From: a virus | Taxonomy: Duplodnaviria > Caudoviricetes | DNA length: 64,000 bases | Reading direction: 5' to 3' (one strand) | Virus record (IMG/VR): IMGVR_UViG_3300020577_006105 | Shown here: in pieces, positions 17,800-26,052 of the stretch | How the letters are laid out: every line of letters starts with the position of its first letter | Numbering within the stretch: the first letter of the stretch is position 1 | Notes under the pieces: model-generated | The model's input: the letters and a program-made list of their open reading frames with translations, nothing else | What the model was told of the DNA's origin: nothing | Databases searched by the model: none | Made by a program: the position numbers and the translations under genes

Positions 17800-19594
17800 T
17801 TGGTTGCACCGGTTTGGATTTTTCAGACTCGATTCTTCTTTGTCTCTCTTGATAGAAAGACTCGAGGCTATTGGCCAACTTACCCATTTCGGTACTAAAC
17901 ATACTCAGTCCTTGCTCAAATCTCTTCATTGCATGACGAACTTCGTCTTCAGAGTGTGTGCTTTTGTATTCGTCAAACGACTTGCCGTCAAAATTACCCA
18001 TTAACAACGACTCTATGATTTGTTTGCCTGGCTGTTTGTCGGTGCCCAAGCCATAGTATGACAAGAAGTTTTGCGCTGCCAGTACTTTGTCTGCGCCATA
18101 ATCACTGAGTGCAGAATCATCTAGTTCATCTACACTAGGAGTGGATTTTTGTGCAGTGCGAGACCACGACTCATCTGAACCTCCGATATATCCCATGTCA
18201 TCATACGTGGGTTTAGATGTGCTTGGCGCATTCCACCAACCATTGTCATAATCAGAATCAGACTCAAACCTACGACGCTGAGTGGGCGGTGTGGTCTTGA
18301 ACTTATCCCATGCATCTTGTCCGTAGGCTTTAGGCGCCTGTGTTGTATTTGGTCCACCTGGATTCAGATTGTTCATAACATCTGGCGATGCCTCGTGTGC
18401 TGCACCTGCGTCATACCCACTGGATGAATTTGGACTCTCTGTCGCTGACTCAGGGCTGGTGGTTTGAGGACCAACATTCACTTCGTGGTTTCCTTTGCCC
18501 ATACTTTCATATGCGCCTTGCAATTTGTCCTTGCCGAGTAATAGCGTACCAGCAGCTCCGATGAGGAGCCAGGTTTTTCCGTTAAAATACCACTTCTTTC
18601 CATTGACAACTTTGGTGTCCCCTTGCTTTGGAACTGGTCGCGCATTGATACGTGTTTCTATTTCGGCTCTATTCTTGGCAATATCCTCTTTGTCGAGCTT
18701 GATTTTACCTATGGTGCTCTCATACTTTGTATTGTCCAGATTGATTTTTTCAACATCAATTTTAGGCAAGTTTTTGCCCTGAACACCAACTGGTTTGTTC
18801 ACACTGACTATCAAATTCTTTGTGTCATTGACAACATTCCCTTCTTTCTTAACTGCGGATGCAACTTCGTTCCGAATTGATTGAATGTAGTCACCTCTAT
18901 ATTTTTCCATTTCATCCGCAATAGCGTTGGCCTGGGCAATTGCTTGTGGGTTGTCATATTGTCGACGCACTTCATCAAATTGCGCCTTAGAAGCCTTGGC
19001 TTGATTTTCGTAAAAGGCAAATGTCTGCGAGGCTTTGATATGTTCGGCATCTGCGGCTTTTTTCGCAGCAACATCTGTGGAATTTTGCAAAGATTTAACC
19101 AAGTTATTGGCGGCATCCAGCTTTGCTTGTGCTTTTCTCTGTAAGCCCTCGGATTCCCTTAGTGATTTTTGTGCCTTCGCCAATGTGTCTTTTGGCAGAT
19201 TCCTAGCTTCGAGAATTGCTTTTTGGACTATGAGCTTGGCCTGAGCTTCAATATCTGCTTCAAATACCCTAAAGATGTCGGGGTGAGCTAAAGTGCGATG
19301 GTATTTATTCACATCGCGAGCGTCTACCATTTTACCAAGATATTTTTCTTGCTTCATCAACCGCGCAGCCTCTTGTGCATCACGGTCGCCTAAATGACGA
19401 AGTGATGTCCAGCCGTCGCCTAATTTTCTGCCCACGGCAGAAAACAAATCTGTAAACTTGTTTGCGCTAACTTCTCGATTGATTACATCGCTTGCAAATG
19501 AGTTGATTTCGCCCGTATCATCTGACGCCAATGCCGACAAATCACCAAACATGCCATACATGTCTTCGGCTTCTTTCTTTGAATGTGCGCTCAT
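17762..19594 (-). CDS. Coiled-coil protein with central hydrophobic segment (~610 aa), possible ejected/internal virion protein
   Basis: Long A/K/E/Q helices, WLLIGAAGTLLLG segment, low-complexity linker. Start moved to the second ATG (MSAHSKKEAE) because the first ATG lies inside the putative promoter. Confidence 0.7.
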   Translation of the reverse strand: MSAHSKKEAEDMYGMFGDLSALASDDTGEINSFASDVINREVSANKFTDLFSAVGRKLGDGWTSLRHLGDRDAQEAARLMKQEKYLGKMVDARDVNKYHRTLAHPDIFRVFEADIEAQAKLIVQKAILEARNLPKDTLAKAQKSLRESEGLQRKAQAKLDAANNLVKSLQNSTDVAAKKAADAEHIKASQTFAFYENQAKASKAQFDEVRRQYDNPQAIAQANAIADEMEKYRGDYIQSIRNEVASAVKKEGNVVNDTKNLIVSVNKPVGVQGKNLPKIDVEKINLDNTKYESTIGKIKLDKEDIAKNRAEIETRINARPVPKQGDTKVVNGKKWYFNGKTWLLIGAAGTLLLGKDKLQGAYESMGKGNHEVNVGPQTTSPESATESPNSSSGYDAGAAHEASPDVMNNLNPGGPNTTQAPKAYGQDAWDKFKTTPPTQRRRFESDSDYDNGWWNAPSTSKPTYDDMGYIGGSDESWSRTAQKSTPSVDELDDSALSDYGADKVLAAQNFLSYYGLGTDKQPGKQIIESLLMGNFDGKSFDEYKSTHSEDEVRHAMKRFEQGLSMFSTEMGKLANSLESFYQERQRRIESEKSKPVQPNEQPNEQPERTE

Positions 19595-19601
19595 AGTATC
19601 T

Positions 19602-19629
19602 CTATTCATATCACAGCATTGTCAAACCT
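19602..19629 (-). promoter_or_regulatory. AGG-N19-GAA putative phage late promoter
   Basis: AGG TTTGACAATGCTGTGATAT GAATAG, 7 nt before ATG 19594. Confidence 0.55.
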
Positions 19630-19673
19630 ATATTCACAGGAAAGTTCGCAACCAATTCCGTACAAAGAGGTAT

Positions 19674-21263
19674 ATGTCGCAAAATCTGCAATCCATAGCT
19701 GACTGGATGATATTCCACAAACCATTGTACATGGGGCGTATTGTCAGAACACACACACGTGGTGGTGTGAACTTCATTGTCGAGGAAGCCAATGAAAGTC
19801 AACACCGTAAGTGGTTTGCCTTCAATTTCGTGGATGAATCTGGAGAATTTGATGGTATCGACATATTTACCCATCGCCTATTGGTGGGCAGGCACAAGCT
19901 GTTGACCAAGCTCAACCAACTCAAATACGCAGAAGACTTTTATGCCTCTCTCAATAACAGCAAGGTCAAAGAACTTCTTGGTCCGGAATTCAGTTCTCTC
20001 GGCGGACAATGGATACAAATAACTGGCGTCGAAGACGTCAATACATCCTATGCCTGGTTGGTGCTTTCACCTTGGGGCAAGGTATGGCTGTCAAGATTGG
20101 CAATTCTTTGTTTGGCTGTTGCGACCACGGATAACTTCACAACATCAGACATGGTTGACCAGTCTGCAATCTCTCTTAATGACCTACCACAGCCAATGCA
20201 AATTTTAGCCTCGTCTAACTTGCACACCAACAAACAGGGAGATTCCACCATTACGGATAATCATACCATTGTGAGCTCATATAACCCTGCGAGAAAATTC
20301 AGAAGCGACACCGCAGAACTGTCGGTTCAAAATACATTTGGCCACCTATATGGTCTGGAACAATATGCTGCTGTTCGCGGAGATAGCCTGTGGGACCCAG
20401 ACCAAATCGGAAAAACACTTGGGCGCACGGCACTCACGGGTCTGGCAACATTCTTCACTGGTGGTGGTTTCTGGGGTGCGCCGCTTTCGTATATCAATCA
20501 AGAGTGGGAAAGAGGCCAATACCTAAATGCATCAATACCAGATAAGGTTAAACAACAATGTGATGACCTGTATGACGAGGCACTTATCATGGTTGAAATT
20601 GCTAAAAATGTGAAAGATGCCAACGTCACTTTCACAACCAACAAACTTAGAGAAGCAGTTGATGACCTAAGAAAAACGCTGCCGGCTAGATTTAAGGGCT
20701 TGGCATATGACCCCAAGAGTTTCTACAACGGCACCCCAGACGCGTTGCGTCAAAGATACCGCTCTGTGTTTTCACAAACACAAACCACAAAACCAGACAA
20801 CACCAAGCCATTGGGTGTGTCAGAACCAGAAGACAAATCATTGCTGTCAAAGATAGACGCAGACAGATTGCCAGAATCTGCCGGACTTGGCATTAAAACC
20901 ATGCTTACAAAACCAAGTGCGTGGAACCCCAACAAATGGGGAGCGATAGTTGCTCCTATGATAGTGCCACATGCAGAACGAGCATTGGCCATACATGCAA
21001 TAGGCGGACCTAGTGTCGCCATTGACAACCAGGCAAACAAAATGCGAGAGATAATGGCCGAGATTAAGGTCTTAGCAAGAGAATTCGATTACCAGAACAA
21101 AAGCAAGACACCAATATATCCAGATGTGCAAGTGGCCACAAATATCATCCACAGCTTCTTGGTAAAAATTGCTAATTCTTTACCTGAAAAAATGCAACCA
21201 GAGACAGAGCAACCAAACTACAAACAAATACCAGGTGTCGACCCGAATGTGTATCCGTCTTAA
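19674..21263 (+). CDS. Long stop-free frame (529 aa from ATG 19674) spanning an antisense DUF1289 gene
   Basis: GAGG/TACAAA just upstream of ATG 19674; no stop until 21263; may be two genes fused by a missing stop. Confidence 0.45.
   Translation: MSQNLQSIADWMIFHKPLYMGRIVRTHTRGGVNFIVEEANESQHRKWFAFNFVDESGEFDGIDIFTHRLLVGRHKLLTKLNQLKYAEDFYASLNNSKVKELLGPEFSSLGGQWIQITGVEDVNTSYAWLVLSPWGKVWLSRLAILCLAVATTDNFTTSDMVDQSAISLNDLPQPMQILASSNLHTNKQGDSTITDNHTIVSSYNPARKFRSDTAELSVQNTFGHLYGLEQYAAVRGDSLWDPDQIGKTLGRTALTGLATFFTGGGFWGAPLSYINQEWERGQYLNASIPDKVKQQCDDLYDEALIMVEIAKNVKDANVTFTTNKLREAVDDLRKTLPARFKGLAYDPKSFYNGTPDALRQRYRSVFSQTQTTKPDNTKPLGVSEPEDKSLLSKIDADRLPESAGLGIKTMLTKPSAWNPNKWGAIVAPMIVPHAERALAIHAIGGPSVAIDNQANKMREIMAEIKVLAREFDYQNKSKTPIYPDVQVATNIIHSFLVKIANSLPEKMQPETEQPNYKQIPGVDPNVYPS
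20048..20251 (-). CDS. DUF1289-family small Cys-rich (putative Fe-S/metal-binding) protein (67 aa)
   Basis: SPCLLVCKLDEAKICIGCGRSLREIADWSTMS..VKLSV matches the DUF1289 pattern SPC..VC......C.GC.R...EI..W..M; TGGTATGAT extended -10 lies 8 nt upstream. Confidence 0.85.
   Translation of the reverse strand: MVESPCLLVCKLDEAKICIGCGRSLREIADWSTMSDVVKLSVVATAKQRIANLDSHTLPQGESTNQA
20236..20263 (+). promoter_or_regulatory. AGG-N19-TAA putative phage late promoter
   Basis: AGG GAGATTCCACCATTACGGA TAATCA, 7 nt before in-frame GTG 20271. Confidence 0.5.
20271..21263 (+). CDS. Hypothetical protein (330 aa), possible internal virion protein
   Basis: GTG start MSSYNPARKF... downstream of the late-type motif; Gly-rich hydrophobic stretch TALTGLATFFTGGGFWGAPL. 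Confidence 0.6.
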   Translation: MSSYNPARKFRSDTAELSVQNTFGHLYGLEQYAAVRGDSLWDPDQIGKTLGRTALTGLATFFTGGGFWGAPLSYINQEWERGQYLNASIPDKVKQQCDDLYDEALIMVEIAKNVKDANVTFTTNKLREAVDDLRKTLPARFKGLAYDPKSFYNGTPDALRQRYRSVFSQTQTTKPDNTKPLGVSEPEDKSLLSKIDADRLPESAGLGIKTMLTKPSAWNPNKWGAIVAPMIVPHAERALAIHAIGGPSVAIDNQANKMREIMAEIKVLAREFDYQNKSKTPIYPDVQVATNIIHSFLVKIANSLPEKMQPETEQPNYKQIPGVDPNVYPS

Positions 21264-23500
21264 TCATTGCCGGCTATCTCTTGCAATCGGCTTGACAACC
21301 CCGTATTTCGATTGATGACCTTATCATTGTTGATTGCGGTAACAAGCGCATTGTGCTCTCCCATAATCAAACAAATCCTTTTAGCTCTTGTCACACAGGT
21401 ATAGAGCAAATTGCGCTGTAACATGATACCGTGGCAACTCTGAAGCACAAAAATCACAACCGGAATCTCAGAACCTTGAGACTTGTGAACTGTTGAAACC
21501 CAAGCGTGCTGAATTTGGTCAAGTGTCTCGTCGTCATACTCCACCGGGTGGATTATGTCTGGATACCGAACTGCGACCAATGGTCCATCAGCGGTCATAG
21601 AACTCGAGACAATATATCCAATGTCTCCATTGAACACACCAGAATCACCAAGCATATAGTTGTTCTTTATCTGCATGACCCTGTCACCAACACGCAGTAT
21701 CCTATGGCCGTCTTTGATTTGGTCTACGCCTGGTTTTTCAGGGTTAACGGCATCTTGCATCCATGGATTCATCTCATCCACAGAATATTTACCGGTGCGC
21801 CTTGGTGTCAAAATCTGTATGTCTTTCGCTTTCAAGTTGGCACCGTTATCATCGGTCAATTTGGGAATTTCTTTGGTGATAAGTTGCAAAATGAAACTTT
21901 GCATTTTTGATGAATCATCACCGATGTTTACCATCATGCAGTTTTTGCCTTTAGAATCCTTTGGAGTTGGCAAATCTGGAATTTCGCCCCCAACAATCGA
22001 GTGAGCCACATCAACAATGGTGTTTCCAGTCTCTTGTCGAAACACCTTGTTCAGACGCACCACCGGAATGACTCCAGAGTCAATGATATCATGCAAAACA
22101 TTGCCAGCGCCGACAGACGGTAATTGGTCTTTATCGCCTATCATCACAATTCTCGTGCTTGTTTCTAGTGCCCTAAGTAGGTCTCTGAACAAACGCAAGT
22201 CCACCATAGAAAACTCATCAACCAAGACAAAGTTTGTGGTCAATGGCAACGATGAATTGTGCATAAACGTGTTTGTGCTCGGTTGCCACGACAGCAGGCG
22301 ATGAATGGTTCTCGCTTGTTTACCAGATGATTCTGACAGTCGCTTGGCCGCACGACCAGTCGGTGAACACAATTCATAGCTGTATCCATGCTTATCCAAC
22401 AAAGAGACCAGTGCTCGAGTAATAGTGGTCTTTCCAGTCCCAGGACCGCCAGTAATAACGCACACCCGCTCATTCAAAGCGGTCATAATGGCTTGCAACT
22501 GAAGTCCATCTAACTTAATTGATGAATCAAAATTGGGCAAATCGTCCAGGTCACTTTCTACCTGTTCGTAATTGTTGTAGTGTTTTTTGCCGTGAGGGTA
22601 CTGAATCATCTTTACCAGTTCGCCAGCAACTTCAACCTCGGCATTGTACATCTCAGCCGAATATGTTGACGCTCCGTCGATGACAATATCACCGCTTTTT
22701 CTGAGAGTATTGACGCAGGTGCCAACCTGACTAGACTCTACATTGAGTAAATCACAAACCGACGCTATCAAACGATTAGTGTTCATGTAGCAGTGCCCCT
22801 GAACACCATATTCATCTAACGTGTATTTGATTGCTGCTTCAATTCTCCTTGGAGAATCACGCAATATATTGCACCTCAGAGCAACCTCGTCAGCGCGAGT
22901 AAATCCAATTCCACGCACTTCTGTCAGTCGATATGGATTGGATTTCAAAACATCCAATATGTTTTCATTTTCAAAGTGTTTGATTACACGATGTGCCAGC
23001 ACTGATGTCAGTCCGAGTTTTATGAGCTCAAGAGAACCGCGTTGATTATTGCGTGCCTTTGCCCACAACTCAGCAACTCGCTTGAGGCGGTTTGAGTTGG
23101 CACCCTTGACTTCAAACACGCGCTCTGGGTCTGCGTCCAGAATCTCAACCACGTTCTCACCAAAATGATTGACAATTAACGATGCTGTGACATCTCCTAC
23201 ATCTGGAAAGTCGTCACCTGCTAAGTATCGCTTTAAGCCATCCAATGTTGAATAACCACACGATATCAGGTCTACAACCTTGTACTGTGTGCCATACTTC
23301 TCATGCACGGATTTCTTGGCAGTGACAGCGATATTCATGCCCTCGGTGACACCAGGCATTGTGCCAACAACTGTCACAAGGTCTATCGCGAGTGACTTAT
23401 CATCATCTAATTTTGGCACAATGTTTGCAATGCACCATCCACTGTCAAATCTACGTATAGATGAGACCTCACCATTTATCGTCAGCACCGAATCGGCCAT
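21260..23500 (-). CDS. recD2: RecD2/TraA-family SF1B helicase (~746 aa)
   Basis: N-terminal OB and HhH region (NPYRLTEVRGIGFTRAD), Walker A TGGPGTGKT, PTGRAAKRL, VDEFSMVD, GDKDQLPSVGAG, TVHKSQGSE, LLYTCVTRAK. ATG 23500 is 7 nt after TGCGATAAT. Confidence 0.95.
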   Translation of the reverse strand: MADSVLTINGEVSSIRRFDSGWCIANIVPKLDDDKSLAIDLVTVVGTMPGVTEGMNIAVTAKKSVHEKYGTQYKVVDLISCGYSTLDGLKRYLAGDDFPDVGDVTASLIVNHFGENVVEILDADPERVFEVKGANSNRLKRVAELWAKARNNQRGSLELIKLGLTSVLAHRVIKHFENENILDVLKSNPYRLTEVRGIGFTRADEVALRCNILRDSPRRIEAAIKYTLDEYGVQGHCYMNTNRLIASVCDLLNVESSQVGTCVNTLRKSGDIVIDGASTYSAEMYNAEVEVAGELVKMIQYPHGKKHYNNYEQVESDLDDLPNFDSSIKLDGLQLQAIMTALNERVCVITGGPGTGKTTITRALVSLLDKHGYSYELCSPTGRAAKRLSESSGKQARTIHRLLSWQPSTNTFMHNSSLPLTTNFVLVDEFSMVDLRLFRDLLRALETSTRIVMIGDKDQLPSVGAGNVLHDIIDSGVIPVVRLNKVFRQETGNTIVDVAHSIVGGEIPDLPTPKDSKGKNCMMVNIGDDSSKMQSFILQLITKEIPKLTDDNGANLKAKDIQILTPRRTGKYSVDEMNPWMQDAVNPEKPGVDQIKDGHRILRVGDRVMQIKNNYMLGDSGVFNGDIGYIVSSSMTADGPLVAVRYPDIIHPVEYDDETLDQIQHAWVSTVHKSQGSEIPVVIFVLQSCHGIMLQRNLLYTCVTRAKRICLIMGEHNALVTAINNDKVINRNTGLSSRLQEIAGND

Positions 23501-23507
23501 ATTCAGG

Positions 23508-23518
23508 ATTATCGCACC
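23508..23518 (-). promoter_or_regulatory. GGTGCGATAAT extended -10-like element
   Basis: The identical 11-mer also lies upstream of the UvsW-like helicase (47729-47739). Confidence 0.55.
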
Positions 23519-23580
23519 TTGGTTCAAAAACCTTCCACCTGACTCGTCTAGAATTTTGTCGCATGTTTGTCACCCTACTT

Positions 23581-23608
23581 AGGCATGTATATCTTTCTTA
23601 GTTAAATG
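23581..23608 (+). promoter_or_regulatory. AGG-N19-TAA putative phage late promoter
   Basis: AGG CATGTATATCTTTCTTAGT TAAATG. Confidence 0.4.
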
Positions 23609-23722
23609 GTTAAGATTAGTTTCTAAAATCCTTGTGGGCCTGTTGTAATTTCAGTGATAAAAAGCCATGACATAGAATCCGTACAATATGGTTTGAAAGC
23701 AGTCGTATTTGTCGTATGCTGC

Positions 23723-23750
23723 AGGTCACATATGAGAAATATGAGAACAA
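23723..23750 (+). promoter_or_regulatory. AGG-N19-GAA putative phage late promoter
   Basis: AGG TCACATATGAGAAATATGA GAACAA. Confidence 0.5.
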
Positions 23751-23761
23751 ACTATCCAGAC

Positions 23762-24040
23762 ATGAGTGAATTACATGTCAGTCAAACAAAAGAGAAAGAG
23801 ATTATGGATAATTCAATCAGAGATGAAGGATTTGGACACTGGTATATTCAAACATACCAGCCAGATGGAAAGAACGACCGATTAGGTCCGTTTCGTGGGA
23901 ACCTATTAGTTGATTCAAAGCTATACACGGTCAAAGTGAATATGTCACAAGAACGAGGACAGATTGGAACCACAGTTATTGTAGTTCCGAGTCAAAATGT
24001 AGCATACGTCAGCAACGAAGACCCGGCCGTCAATCAGTAA
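23762..24040 (+). CDS. Small beta-rich hypothetical protein (start 23762 or 23804)
   Basis: The ORF-track start at 23654 lies upstream of the putative promoter; core WYIQTY...VIVVPSQNVAYV. Confidence 0.6.
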   Translation: MSELHVSQTKEKEIMDNSIRDEGFGHWYIQTYQPDGKNDRLGPFRGNLLVDSKLYTVKVNMSQERGQIGTTVIVVPSQNVAYVSNEDPAVNQ

Positions 24041-24044
24041 CAAC

Positions 24045-24305
24045 ATGTGGTACCGTTTAAGTGTTTCGACAATGGAAGATACGACACGCAAGGTTATGGA
24101 AAGCCTTGCGACCAGTTTGGTGCGTGACCTTTTGTTGAAGAACTCATTGAACAAACCCAGAGAACAAGATGTAGTCCTTGGTGTGAAACGAGTGATGAAA
24201 GAGATTGAGCGAGAACACGGTTCAGTCACCAAGGCAGCATTGAATTCACCGGATATCAGCCTGAAACCAATTGTCGAAGCAAGCATATCCAAAATCAAAT
24301 GGTAA
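24045..24305 (+). CDS. Hypothetical protein with MWYRLS N-terminus (86 aa)
   Basis: N-terminus nearly identical to MMWYRLAQ of the 25994 gene. Confidence 0.7.
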   Translation: MWYRLSVSTMEDTTRKVMESLATSLVRDLLLKNSLNKPREQDVVLGVKRVMKEIEREHGSVTKAALNSPDISLKPIVEASISKIKW

Positions 24306-24308
24306 TGT

Positions 24309-24932
24309 GTGATGAACAACCTAATTGCACTGATAGACAATGCAGTGGGTTCAAAGTCTAAATGTGAATCACTGGTCTATATTCATGCCTATCTATCAGG
24401 GGCATCACATGTTCCAAGGGCCTTTGTGCCAGATGAAATACATCACAAAGAGGCTGAAGAGTTACTTGAGGCACTGTTGCTCTCACACCCATTGCAAATA
24501 GCTCAAAAGACACACAGTAGGGCAAAGTCGTATATCAGTGGGTATATCTACGATATCAACTCTAAAAACACCATACTACAAGACATCGAGGCAGTCATTG
24601 AGTCCAGTTTTGGTGCGGGAAAAATCGTATACGAAGAGTCAAGATTCACACCATATGGTCGTTCTCTGTACGATGACTCGATGCACTTGGTAACTACTGG
24701 TTCGCCTAAGATTTCCAACCTTGCGCTGCACAAGCGCGAGAAAGCCAGAAAACGCGCTCCTCATCAAAAAAGACACGGAACCCCATGTACACCAGTTGAA
24801 CGCGCTCTACGGGCATCCTACGAGCAAAAATGGGCACTTGCGTGGATGACACCGAGTGTATATTTAACCCCAGGGAATTCAACTAAAACAGTTCACACAA
24901 TTTGGACTCAGCGATTTGGAGAGACCCAGTGA
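24309..24932 (+). CDS. Hypothetical protein (207 aa)
   Basis: Operonic spacing (3 nt after the previous stop); no recognisable motif. Confidence 0.55.
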   Translation: MMNNLIALIDNAVGSKSKCESLVYIHAYLSGASHVPRAFVPDEIHHKEAEELLEALLLSHPLQIAQKTHSRAKSYISGYIYDINSKNTILQDIEAVIESSFGAGKIVYEESRFTPYGRSLYDDSMHLVTTGSPKISNLALHKREKARKRAPHQKRHGTPCTPVERALRASYEQKWALAWMTPSVYLTPGNSTKTVHTIWTQRFGETQ

Positions 24933-25507
24933 TATATCAGACATATGGCGCAATAGCGATTGACCCTGTGAAACTGAGGTCTATGGAACCAGCTATTATC
25001 AGCCTGGCTGGAATTGGCAATGTGAAATGTATATCTATGTCCAATATAGATATTTGGGCCGGAGCAATCATCATGTGCTCATGGGACAAAGAACCCGCCA
25101 ATGATAACCCAAAAGCAATGTATCTGGTCGATGAGGAGGGAGACGTGCATCAATTCCATGGCTCGATTGATATGCTGATGCACGAGGGTGTCATATATGA
25201 TTTAACCGCTCCATACGGCAATACCCTTAGTGTAGCAGAACAAGTGTTGATGATGGTTGCACAACAAGACGATGCAGAGCAATGGTGGAATGAATACGTC
25301 AATCACTCTATCGTGATGAATATTCAAGGTTCAGATTTGGTGAAGTACGCATTATCATTGGCCGGAAAATACCAATGGGACAATAGTGTCATGGTGCAAA
25401 TTAAGGACATCAAAGTGAAATCTGCACTGTCACCCATACACAAGGTTAAACGTTTACACTATTCGGTGGCTGGACGCGAACACCGGTCTGCTCAACATAT
25501 TGATTGA
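24902..25507 (+). CDS. Hypothetical protein (~201 aa)
   Basis: Continues the + strand run; start uncertain. Confidence 0.55.
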   Translation: MDSAIWRDPVIYQTYGAIAIDPVKLRSMEPAIISLAGIGNVKCISMSNIDIWAGAIIMCSWDKEPANDNPKAMYLVDEEGDVHQFHGSIDMLMHEGVIYDLTAPYGNTLSVAEQVLMMVAQQDDAEQWWNEYVNHSIVMNIQGSDLVKYALSLAGKYQWDNSVMVQIKDIKVKSALSPIHKVKRLHYSVAGREHRSAQHID

Positions 25508-25994
25508 ACATTTGTTGCGCGTCTAAGCATTCGTTACATGCACCTGAACTAACTTCCCATCTTGGAACCAACAAATCTCCAGCACTGTCATCTGGTCTGA
25601 ATTGAATCCGGCATCGACATGATTCATGCATTGGGTATTCAACCCCAGCATTTGCCAATATTGCAGACAGGTCTTCTGCGCGGTACATATCCTGGGCCTG
25701 TTTTACTTCGTCTTCTTCTGCTGAGCTAGGAGGTGTGTAATCTGTAAAAGTGTCTGTGACACCATCTTCATCACCCTGCTCGTCCTCTATTTCTGGGACT
25801 TCTTCAATTTGAGGTTCTTCTTCAATGATTTTTGGTTCTACAACAGGTGCTTGAGGTGCCGGCGCTGGTGGTTGCACAGGTAAAGTGGTCTCAGGTGCTT
25901 TACGCGAACTTACGCCGCCAGTCATATCAAGAGTCTGGCGGTCAAGTTCATTTTTATCCTCTTCTGTTGATTGGGCTAACCTGTACCACATCAT
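25446..25994 (-). CDS. Acidic/Pro-rich protein with permuted MuF/gp7-like Cys-His motif (182 aa)
   Basis: MMWYRLAQ N-terminus; YPMHESCRCRI ... W....ACNEC. Confidence 0.7.
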   Translation of the reverse strand: MMWYRLAQSTEEDKNELDRQTLDMTGGVSSRKAPETTLPVQPPAPAPQAPVVEPKIIEEEPQIEEVPEIEDEQGDEDGVTDTFTDYTPPSSAEEDEVKQAQDMYRAEDLSAILANAGVEYPMHESCRCRIQFRPDDSAGDLLVPRWEVSSGACNECLDAQQMFNQYVEQTGVRVQPPNSVNV

Positions 25995-25998
25995 TGCT

Positions 25999-26026
25999 TT
26001 TTTAGTCTGTTGATTGCCTTAAACCT
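25999..26026 (-). promoter_or_regulatory. AGG-N19-TAA putative phage late promoter
   Basis: AGG TTTAAGGCAATCAACAGAC TAAAAA, immediately before ATGATG. Confidence 0.6.
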
Positions 26027-26052
26027 TGTCTTAGTCCTGTACAACTTTACAC

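Noticed and set aside
19638-19666. Possible AGG-N19 motif before ATG 19674
   Set aside because: The position after the 19-nt spacer reads GTA, not [GT]AA; not counted.
24700-24932. Possible frameshift in the basic C-terminus of the 207-aa ORF
   Set aside because: Alternative frames close quickly (TGA near 24846, TAA at 24884), so no better reading could be supported.
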